NCBI GenBank assembly: GCA_021613535.1
Contig: CP075496.1
Location: 6,882,001 to 6,946,000, forward strand
DNA length: 64,000 bases
Direction: 5' to 3'
From: Adineta vaga
Lineage: Eukaryota; Animalia; Rotifera
Below, piece after piece: positions 1-10,735 of the stretch. A model generated the notes under the pieces. It saw only the letters and a program-made list of their open reading frames with translations. It had not been told where the DNA came from and ran no database searches. How positions within the stretch are numbered: the stretch's first letter is position 1; every line of letters starts with the position of its first letter. A program made the translations under genes and the position numbers.

Positions 1-356
1 TGTCATCGAATGTTATCGATGAAAATTTATTGATTGATAAATTATGGGACATGGGTACTGGTTTAACATCAATTGCTGGTGCATGTACAACATCTGAAAC
101 GCAACAATCAACGAATTATTACACTTCAAATGGTGATCAATTTACTGCTGAAGATGAAGCACTTGTACAGACAATATTAAAACAATCAATTTTAACATCT
201 ATGCTTGGATTACCTGAAAATGCATCTAGTGGTGATATTGAACATAGCTATCATCGTATCAGTACTCAATTGAACAAGAAATGGCTGTGTTTCCAACGTG
301 GCTTAGCCGCTCGTGAAAAACTCGAAGCTTTCTATGAGAACTATTTAAAACAATAG
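1..356 (+). CDS. 3' end of a protein with a C-terminal J-domain-like helical module (5' truncated by window edge)
   Basis: The ORF ends with MLGLPENASSGDIEHSYHRISTQLNKKW...AREKLEAFY, resembling the DnaJ 'LGL..A...DI..AY' pattern. The HPD motif is absent. Confidence 0.5.
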   Translation, partial: SSNVIDENLLIDKLWDMGTGLTSIAGACTTSETQQSTNYYTSNGDQFTAEDEALVQTILKQSILTSMLGLPENASSGDIEHSYHRISTQLNKKWLCFQRGLAAREKLEAFYENYLKQ

Positions 357-518
357 AATTAAAAGGAAAACAAAATAACTTTTAATTTGATTTTCAGATA
401 TTTCATAATTCTGATCAATATTTTTTATTTACGTTTCAATAAATATTTGAATTTGAATGACTATATAATGACTTTGACTCATTTTCCTATTCTAGATTAT
501 TTTCTTCAATCGAAAAAC

Positions 519-1248
519 ATGGATAATCAACAGTCGACTAAAATGCCCAAACCATTCGATCAAGATCAAGAAATGAATGCATCAAGTACCGATGGTAATC
601 AACCACATTTCGAATTTCGAGATGATGATCGTTTAAAGCAAGAAGATGATTACCGGCAAGGTTTGTTTTATGAAGAATAATTTTTAATAATTCAAAATAA
701 AAACTTATTTTAGAATTATTAAAAGTTCAAGATGAAATTGTTACATTACGTCAAGTACTTGGAGCTAAATTAAAACGTGAAAGTGAATTGAAAACCTTAC
801 TAGGTGTTGGTTTTGTTGATGATCTAAAACAAGATTGGAATGAAACAGTTCATGATATTAAAGCAACAACAGCATATCAAAAAACTGCTGAAACATTACA
901 AGCTGCATCGGATAAATTAGCTCCGGCTATTCAAACAGTTAATACATCATTCAAATCTCGTCTTGGAACTTTGAAAAGTACATTCTCATTCGAAATTGAT
1001 CTTTATTCGAAATGCTAATATATTTAGATTCAAATTTTTTCAAAACATTTGAAAATACACTTGGTTCAGGTGTGAATGCTGTGAAATCGAAAATGACACC
1101 CTCGAAATCGGCAATGCATTTTAATGGCAATGATGGTAATGAATTTAGTCACGGTGCAACAGGTGGACCTTTAACATCAAGTGTAACACATGATGAACGT
1201 CTAAATTTTGGTGGAGATTTAGATGAAAAGAAAGATTTAACAAAATAA
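519..1248 (+). CDS. TPD52: Tumor protein D52 family coiled-coil protein (3 exons: 519-660, 714-977, 1028-1248)
   Basis: The spliced translation contains ELLKVQDEIVTLRQVLGAKLKRESELKTLLG and TTAYQKT, the D52 signature. Introns are GT-AG. Confidence 0.85.
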
Positions 1249-1721
1249 ATAAAATATTTCTATCTATATCTATTCATCGATAGTAGACAAAGAATGATAA
1301 GAGGAAACATGTTTCTTCTTTCATTATGTGTTCATTTATTTTCTTGGGAACTCTGTCATTTATGCTTCATATATTTATTTATATACATACTTACTCAGTC
1401 GTTTGTCTTGTTACGTGTTATTTATTATCGATATCTCTATTCATTTTCCAATAAGATTAAAATCTGAAAATTCGCATATAAAGCAATCGTTTATCAACAT
1501 TTTCTTTAAGTCATTGTCATTCTTTGAGTTTTTTGTTGTTCCTTTTTTTCATTGGCACTCTTCTATGACTTCATGTCAATTTTATTCTTTTTCTCATTGT
1601 TGTTCTCGTAACGTATTTGTTTTTAATGTTCTCTTCTTCCGTTCTGAATAAAAAAAAAGACCAACAATGATTGAATACGAGAAGAAAAGCATTCTATTTA
1701 TCTTGTTTCCTTATTCTAGAT

Positions 1722-2089
1722 ATGGGTTCTTGGAAATTAGAAGTTTTTCGTAAGTAGATCGAATTATTTCGAATGAATGATTGACCTTTTGTCTTTATTT
1801 AGGTATGGCATGCTATATAAGTTTTCCATTAGCGGCAATGTTTTTATTCAGTCGTCCTGAATTATTCAAAGATCGTGTTATTGCTGCTCGAAAACGATAT
1901 TATCCACCACCAAATCCAGAACGAGTAAATCGACGAATATTGCAATTATTTGCACAAATTAATATATTTTTCTAGGATGAACTAATTCAACAATTAAAAG
2001 AACGTGAACGACTTCGACGAGAAAATGAAGTTTTAGAACAAATGAATCATTTTCAAAGTAAACAAAAAGATTCAATACAATTGAAATGA
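1722..2089 (+). CDS. PET100: Cytochrome c oxidase assembly factor PET100 (3 exons)
   Basis: Spliced MGSWKLEVFRMACYISFPLAAMFLFSRPELF...KRYYPP matches the PET100 N-terminal pattern (KLEIFRMxxYLxFPVxMF). Confidence 0.85.
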
Positions 2090-2186
2090 TCTCTTCGTTT
2101 TTGTTTGCATTGTCATTAGTTAGTAAATTTTGTTTAAGTAGAACATTTGCTTTTTAGATCAAAGAAATTTTCCTTTGAGATAATGT

Positions 2187-3471
2187 ATGGATCCTGCAAC
2201 GAGCGCAGTTATTAATTATTTAGGTATATCATTGTTTTTCATTGATAAATATGAATGAACATGAATAATTTAGAAAAACGAGCTGATATTGATCGAGTTC
2301 ATATTAAAGATAAAAAGGCATGCTCATCAGATGCATTGATTCAATGGGAAGAGGTTAGTTCAATTGATTAAATAAGATGAAAATTAAACAATTTGATTTT
2401 GTTTATAGAAAACATCATGTGAATTACCAGATGATCTGAAAAGATTTTATACAATATCTGATGGATTAGAGGTGCGATGGTCATTTAAAACAGAGAATAC
2501 TAGTAAATACATTCAATAAAGAAATAATTCATTGTATTCATGTTATTTTGTATTTTAAATTTAGAATTATCGTCAACATTTATTGGTAAAATGCATATAA
2601 ATTCTGTGAATGATTTAACAAAAATAGTATTATCGGGATCGAAGCAGATGGCTGTCGATGAATTGAATGATTTTGCCGAGAAAAGTAAAAAAAATCTATC
2701 ATATAAAATAATAGAATTAATAGAATGTACGTTTTTAGATTCACCTCGATTTAATTCACAAGCATGGCATATATTTGAACTTGATTCTTGTGATGGACAA
2801 GGACGTGTTTGTCTCGTTTACAATCCAGTACGTTTTGATGATTAGTCTATGAAACTTTCACAAGAACTAAATAAAATACTCTGACTTGTGAAATTTAATC
2901 TAATGATTTTTCTTCTAGCATCATGAAGTAAGCATTTGGTTTCTGGATCGTTCTTTACACTTCCATCGACTTGCTTCAACATTTACTGATTACTATCGAA
3001 TGCTTCTTCTTCATTGTGGTTTACCCTATTGGCATTATAAATATACGGATATTGGTATTCCACCTTATATTCTACATTGGTATTATACAATATCTCCATC
3101 TCTATTAATCTCTCATCCAAAAGATGATATATCATTATCAAATATCATTCCATTCAATGCTGAAAAAGCATTTCAACAAAATACAAATTCTGCAACAAAG
3201 TTTGTTCTCAGTTAGGTTGCTGCTAGATTTTAATATTTCCTGTTTTAGAAATACTAAGATAATCAACCAACAAACTTCAGCTACTCAAAGTCAACCGTCA
3301 CATTCTGAAGTTGCGGGTAATCGCAGTGCCACACAAAATCCGAAACGTCCAGTTCAACAAATGAAAAGGTTTATTTCATTTATCTGATGATTATCTATCA
3401 TATAGATTCTACTTTATTTTTACAGTATTAATCGATCATCATCCATTCCTCGCTCATTAAACAATCAATGA
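2187..3471 (+). CDS. TPGS2: Tubulin polyglutamylase complex subunit 2
   Basis: Motifs across the exons match TPGS2: WEEKTSCELPDDLKRFY, GKMHINS, FELDSCDGQGRVCLVY, IWFLDRSL, FTDYYRMLLLHCGLPYW. Confidence 0.85.
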
Positions 3472-3559
3472 ATCAAATTTCTTTTTTTTTCTCTTTTCTT
3501 TTCTTTAATCAATCTCGTTTCAGACGTTGTTTTCTACTTAAATTGTTTTACAATTCTAG

Positions 3560-5722
3560 ATGGAAAAAGTCAAAGAACGAACAGGAATCTATCATGAACA
3601 TCAAGATGGTGCACTATGTGGTCAACATGCGTTGAATAATCTTCTACAAAATCCATTTTTTTCAGCTGATGCATTAGCTGATATTGCTCGGTAAATAGAA
3701 TCATTTTTGTTCATTGTAAGCATCAATTTATTCTAATCTCTAGAGCGCTTGATGATGAAGAAACAAGTGTATTATACAATTCATCGTGCGAATCCGAAAA
3801 TGTAGATGGTCCGTATTTTTATTTTTCGAAAAATAGTTTTTTTATAATAGGTTTTCCTACTTTATTAGATACTGGATTTTACAATATTCAAGTGCTACAG
3901 CGAGCTTTAGCTGTCTTTGAACTTGAGTTAGTACCTTTTGGAAGTCAAGATCGTATAGCGAAACAAGCACGTGATTGTCCAGAAAGTATTGCTGCATATA
4001 TATGCCATTTAGGCGCACACTGGTTTACGATAAGACGATTTGGTAGACAATACTTCAATTTAAATTCTTTTTACTATGTTCCAGAAATTATTTCGGGTAT
4101 GACACTTTTGGCATGTATAAGTTTCATACAAGAAAATGGTTATTCTGTATTTATTATCAATGGAAATTTACCATCTTGTATAGCTGATCAACAACTATCA
4201 GCTAATCCTATTGGTGTAGAAGAATATAAATTTTTAACGAGAGATTTACCAAAATTAGTTATGGAAGAAGAACTTTTGGGAAAGATGAGCGAATTAAAGG
4301 GTACTGGAACAATATCTATACCTAGAAATGTATTGATTGCATATAAAAAAAATCCAAATGATCCAGAAATAAAGAGAAAATTAAATTCATTTTTACCTAG
4401 CGGTATAACTATTGATGATGGTATGCCAATGTCAGGTTGTGCATGTTTTCACCGGTATTATCCGTTTTAACCTTTTGTACTTCTAGGTCTACATAAAGGT
4501 AGAATTGGTCAACCGCTAATAGGATGTAGTGATTGTGATATTTGTCGTCGACGATTACAACCTTCAAAAGAGTTTTCGTCATCTCGAAAAACTGACGATT
4601 TATATATGGATGATCTGCGTGACCTAAAGGAAAATTCTACAGTTGTAACTCAACTGATAACCGAATATGTAATTAGTGAACCAGATCCTCAAAACCAAAA
4701 TAAATCACGTCAGCATAGAAACATAAGGGCTGGGATACTTGTAAATTTCCCTTCATCAGAAATTGATAGAGCAGATAACAATTACAAAGAACAGAGGCTA
4801 AATGAAGCAATATTGATGATACAAAAGGAAAGAGAATTTATGGATCAAAAACTTCAAGAGATGCAGACATTATTAAATCTGACAGACATGGATACTGAAG
4901 AAGATCGTTCTTTTTACGAGAAATATCCAGAAGTACTATATCAAAAACTATTGGATGCTACTATTGCTGCTAGTTTGCTCAGTAATAATTCCACAACAAA
5001 TGAACTTGAACAAATGCCCGAACGTATTCCATTACCAGCACCAACCAATTCGCAACCAGTAACACCGGTAAAATCCTCTTCACAATCATCGGTAGAAGCG
5101 CCATCATCATTCTCCACTAATACAGAATCGTTTCAACAAAGCGATACAAATTCATCAGAGTCAATATCCACAAGTTTACCACCCATACCAAAAGATACAC
5201 ATTCGGTAGAATCCCTACTACCAAATCTTTTACCTTTAACTAATACAGATGCAAAATCATCAGAAAACGTAGAACCATCAACAGTAGCAGAATCTCAAAA
5301 TGAACCAACACTTTCACCAAAAGATACACATTCGCTTTCATCACCTGCAGAAGATCCAGACAATATAAAAGCATTGAGTATCGAAGGTAATTCATTAATT
5401 AGTATTATTGTACTAAGTATCGCAACTACAATCCAATGCTTTTCTTCACATTTGAAAGTACAAAATAGAGTATTTAAATATCTATGATCGGTATTCATCT
5501 AACACTTTATCAATTAAATTATATTGAAAACAAAAAGATATGTGAATTTAAGATATTTCTAGAAAAATAGTAGCAAGCTGATCATAACCATTATTTATGA
5601 CTAATCTTTTAGAACATTTTTATTTGATAGTTTTTTCTTTAGAACTTCGACAACGTCGTCTTCGACTATATGGTAATAGAGATAGATCAATCATTTCCGT
5701 AGTATCGAATTCCAATGATTAA
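3560..5722 (+). CDS. ATXN3: Ataxin-3-like Josephin deubiquitinase
   Basis: Catalytic triad residues are present: IYHEHQDGALCGQHALNNLLQ (Cys), AHWFTIRRFG (His), FNLNS (Asn). There is a UIM-like LLDATIAASL. The last exon (5643-5722) completes a VCP-binding-motif-like EELRQRRLRLY. Confidence 0.85.
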
Positions 5723-5874
5723 ATCATTGTCTCACCACTTATGAATGAACAATGTGATATTTTTTACAAATACTTTTGTTTTAGACATAATTTTTAATAA
5801 TCACATATATATATATATATCAATCCTGAAAGATTTTTTTCTAGTGTGTAATCAAAACATATTATTTTTAGATT

Positions 5875-7427
5875 ATGTCATCATCTCGTTCCAATCGTAT
5901 TCGCTGTTTAATAAGTCGTCGACCAGAAAGTTCTATTGAACGTTTATCATTGCATTCATGTTTATATCATCTACGTCCTTATTGTTCATTATCAACATCT
6001 GCAACAATCAATGAAATATGTCTTCGACGTTTACTTAAATCCAATTATTCATGTCAATTTCAAGAATCTGATCACATATCCGAACAGAAATTATTACCAA
6101 ATAAATCGACATTTATTCTTGGTCGTTATATGTTAACATTACAATTAAATACTCTACATCTTTATGTCATTGACAAACATCGTCTAACATTACTTGGAGA
6201 AGATGTATGTACGATAAAGATTGTTTTTATTGGAATATGTACATACAGTCATTTTCAAAAACGAAATTTTGCTAAACAAGATGGATTTATTTTAATGACA
6301 GCTGATCAACGACTACTTTTATATGATTTTAAATTAAAAACACGTATGCCAACATCTGGAATAAATTTTCAATGTGAAATACCAGTGAAATTTCTTGAAA
6401 AATCATTTGACTATCATGAACAGAATCATATGATATCCATACATACTAGGCATAAACAACGATCACATTTATTTATTATTTTCCGAATATGGCCACAATG
6501 GTTAAGTTATGTCTTTTTAGTTGAACCACATATATTCGGTACTGATCTTAAACAAGCAACGATTACGCACGAGTTATTGATTGTACAGAACCAACGCAAT
6601 AGGTAAAAATATCTAATACTATCATAAACATTTCATTGTTTTTCTTCTTTTCTAGTTGTAATCTCTATTCCCTTCATACTATTCTCGATGAATATACAAT
6701 CAAATGTCATTCATTATCTGATCATCTCGATGAACTTTTACCAGTCAATGTTGTCATCAATTCCTGTCCACCATGTTTATTTACATTCAATTGTGAACGT
6801 CCTTTATTCGATTATGCTTTTTGCAGTACTCAACATTTTCTTACACGTATCAATGAAGATTATTTTGTTTTACATATTAATAATGATTTTACACCAGTTT
6901 TCAATGGTCATTTAAAACGCTCATGGACAGATAATTTATCACCGAATAATCAAGTTTATTTTATTGATACAACTTATCATCATGATTGTATTATTGATAT
7001 TCGAGAATCAATCGTACATGTTTGGCAATTAATACATGATGAATCAACTAAAGTGAAACATTTATATAAAATTGATGATGGAATTGGGTGTTTAGAGCCA
7101 GCGCATGATCGTCATATAACACGTTATGGTCGACAAACAACACCTCAACAAGCTTTAGATTTATCAACGACTGTTGTAACTGATCATTATTTTGATACCT
7201 ATAATAATATATTAACATTACTTTTTGAATCTGAGGTATCAGAAATGGTAATCATACGTCTTATTGAACATCCGATTGGTGTTTCTCGTCAAGATATTAA
7301 ATTTAAAAAGAATAATAAACAAAATCAATTAAGAATTATGCATGAGCAAGATAAATTAATTGTTCAAGAACTTAGTTGTCATACAGTTACACTTCGAATA
7401 TTTACTTTACAACGTTCAAAATGCTAA
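5875..7427 (+). CDS. DCAF17: DDB1- and CUL4-associated factor 17-like (2 exons)
   Basis: FIIFRIWP...HIFGTDLKQATITHELLIV..CNLYSLHTI, LPVNVVINSCPPCLF and ITRYGR align with recalled DCAF17 blocks (AVFRVLP..IFGNVTDATLSHGILIV; IPCNIKITDMPPLLF; VTASGR). Confidence 0.7.
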
Positions 7428-7861
7428 TTAAACATGTGTAGAATTGAAATTGTTCACATTTGGATCTTTATTTTCTTTTGTACGCAATCATCTTCTACTA
7501 CAATAAATTTTATATCTGTGAGAATAGTAAATACTCGTATTTTCTCTCGTAAATAAAGATATCTGATACAGTTAATTACTTTTCGATCGTCCAATTCCAA
7601 TTCTATCGAAGATCAACATTCATTCTGTCAATTGTATCACTATACTAATGAATGCAGAATATTCATTTATTTTTTTTTTGTATCGAAGTATACTTGGACA
7701 ATCTTTATACAATTGAATGTCATGACATTCTGAAAATATGACTTTGGTGAAAGATTTTATTTCTTTTTCTGCAAGTCAGTAAAGAATGATTAAAATGAAT
7801 ACAAAGAAGGGTGTATATAGTCTATATGGAATGTAATTCGAAGATCGAATTAAATCATCAT

Positions 7862-8792
7862 TTATGATGTTGAAAGAAGTTTTTGTACAAATTCTATAAA
7901 TAATAAATAGATGAATAGAAGATTAAATAGGTTTCTTCATTACCTTGATAATCAAGTTTACCATCTCGGTTAACATCAGCCTAAAAGATAAAATCATTAA
8001 AAAAAATATTTGATATAGTTTGAAATAGACCTCTCTCATCATATCTTCTAATTCTTCTTGATTTAATTTTTCACCCATGTTTAACATGACCTTGAAAATA
8101 GAGAAGTATACGTAACAATAATCAGAACTATGAAAATAAACCTGTTTTAATTCATTGATAGTGATAAATCCTGAATTATCTCGGTCAAAAAGTCGAAAAG
8201 CTTCACGTAATTCTTGTTCTTGATCGCGTTCATGCCAATGTTTACTCATAAAAGTAACAAAGTCTTGAAAATCTAATCGTTGATTACCTGAAGAAGAAAA
8301 ACGAACTTTCTTCGCATCAAACTCATATGTCCATATTTCACTTACCATTTTTATCCACTTCAGCAATAAGATCAGCAATTTCTTTATTTGTTGGATTTAA
8401 TCCTAAGGATCGCATTACTTGTCTAAACAGAATTAATAAAAATGTTTGTTTATTTTTCTGCATTCTGATTTCTTGACCTAGTCTCAATGTCAAAAAGAAA
8501 TATTTCCTAAAATTTGTCCCTTGAATAAAAGAGAAATCTGCAGAATCTATTCTAGAAGAATGAATAGAAGTCGAAAAATATTACTCACCCTATTTCATTT
8601 GCATCAATACTACCATCTCCATTCTTATCGAATAATTCAAATACATGTCGAAATTCTTGAAATATACAAATCAAAATTCATTCTTTTCTTTTATTCTATT
8701 CTCTTTTACCTTCAGTTTTTGCAGCGGAAAATGTACTCTAAAGAATAGATTGCCATTATAATTACATTTCAATTGTTCAAAATTCTTACCAT
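7862..8792 (-). CDS. Calmodulin-like four-EF-hand protein (~149 aa)
   Basis: The ATG is immediately followed by an intron, as in calmodulin genes. EF loops are DKNGDGSIDANE, DKNGNQRLDFQD, DRDNSGFITINE and DVNRDGKLDYQE. It is too divergent to be canonical calmodulin. Confidence 0.85.
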
Positions 8793-8899
8793 TGTTGTAG
8801 AATAAAGGCGATACGAATAAGTTGCTGGATGTAAGATTAAATGAGAAAGTCGACAACTCGTTAAATCACTCTCTTTTTTTCTTCACGCAAATATTAGAG

Positions 8900-8960
8900 A
8901 GTGAGTGAGAGAGAGAGAGAAAGAAAAACACACAGACAGAGCGAGAGAAGGAGAGAAAAA
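8900..8960. repeat. GA-rich/(GA)n tract upstream of the calmodulin-like gene
   Basis: gtgagtgagagagagagagaaag...gagagaaggagag is seen directly; a regulatory role is only inferred. Confidence 0.5.
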
Positions 8961-9566
8961 GATGGATTAATTAAGCAAAGCAGATATGTAGACACGGCGG
9001 ATGATGTTTGGTGTCAGATTACGGTTGCTATTCTTCCAATCTAATGTTTGTAATGGCGTCGATAAAAGAAGAAGAAGAAAAAAAAAAGAAAACGATGTAA
9101 GAGGAATTTGCATTTTCAATATCGGACGTAGCTGGAAGCCTGTCGTCCGCTTTCTCTTTCTCGCTTTTTTTTAAATTGATGCTCTGTTGTTGTTGTTGTA
9201 GCATTTTATGTTTTATTTTTAAACAGCTGAAAAGAAGAAAAAAAACTAAAGAGAAAACTTCACATATACTTATTCTTTGTTCTTGAAAAGACGATGTTTT
9301 GATTTGATATTCATCAAGCATAAAAATTTAATGAGTTTAAAAACAGATCATTTATTAGATAAAAAGGACAAGAATTAGGAAATTAGAAGCATTCAAACAT
9401 ACAAAAGAAAATGCAAGTCTTCTGTTTGTTCATTCTATTGCTATTGAGGTGACTGAAGGTTAAAAGTTGAAGATGAATAACTATTGGTCGGCAAGGAGAT
9501 TTTCAAGATCTGAAATCTATGTATAAGTGTTAAAAAAGACTTGAAGAAATAAAAATTTCAATTAAA

Positions 9567-10348
9567 TTACCATTTACGAGTGACTGATGTACGTAAAGAA
9601 GCAATGGCATTATCGAGTTCACTTTCATATTCATTCAGCCATGCTGGTCGTTCTCGACCCTCTGAAAATATGGCATTATCAATGTATATATGTATATATT
9701 AAAGAATACTATTCTTACCAAGCGTTTTGAAAACACCAGCAGCTTTCATTCGAGCGTAATCACGTTCCGGATCAAAAGTTCTGTTAAAAAACAAATCAAT
9801 TCATGTCTGATTGTATGACAAGTACATAATACATCAATTAATAATTTATCAACACTCGACAAAAGCAATTAAGGTTTGTCAAAAATCGGAAAAACTATTG
9901 AATAGAAACAATTGATTGTTGAATACTCATAGTCTGGAAATATGTACTTAGTTTATTTTTTCATAGAAAATTATTAATGCTTCAAAATGACAGAAATTCT
10001 GCATTTCACTTCATTGACATAATCTTACTAAGATGCTTCAATAAAGCAAAAACTCAATTTCCAACAGGGCTTTTACTTTATTAACATACGTCATCATTCT
10101 CTTTCAGATACGTTCGTAATTAAGAAAAAGAATAATACTTACTTATAAAATGACGAAATATTATTTTTATGACGATCAGAAATGAGAATTTTCCAGCCAA
10201 TAGCAGCCGTCACAGCTATGCTAAAACCCAGTATACCAGCGCGTGGTACACGTGCACGAGTTAAATTTTTTAATGTTGGTCGTCCAGTACTTGTCGATAC
10301 TTTATTGCCTTCTTTAGCAGATGAAACTGCTTTTGTATTTGATGACAT
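9567..10348 (-). CDS. COX6C: Cytochrome c oxidase subunit 6C with C-terminal extension
   Basis: RPTLKNL...single TM...DRHKNNISSFYKTFDPERDYARMKAAGVF matches COX6C (KPxMRGL...ADFYRNYD...FEEMRKAGIF). There is an extra exon at 9571-9662. Confidence 0.8.
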
Positions 10349-10735
10349 TCTCTGTCAGTATTTTTAATCTAAATTACGTGAATATATATACATATACAAT
10401 AAATGAATGAAGACATATAAATAAGAATTTAATAATCGTTAAAAGTAAGTAAAACAGAGGCGAAACGATTATACATAGTAGATATATGAAACTAGCACCT
10501 ATTATGAATACTCTTCATTTTCTTCGGTTTTTTCTTCTTCAAAGATTAAGAAAGAATAACAAGCCCAATCTGACAGAGTGAGATGCTTTACAATGTCACT
10601 CGGTTGTATACATAAAACTTGGAAATAAGAGAAAAAAAAATTATAGGCGTGGTTAGAACGACAAAAGAAATAAACACATGTTTTGCACGATAAAACGAAA
10701 GTTTTTCTTCTTTCTTATGCTTATCTATATTGTTG

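Noticed and set aside
1328-1651. 107-aa ORF between TPD52 and PET100
   Set aside because: Phe/Ile/Ser-rich translation of a T-rich 3'UTR with a non-ATG start.
9990-10100. Box C-like ATGATGA in the long COX6C intron (possible snoRNA)
   Set aside because: No box D CTGA or terminal stem at a suitable distance.
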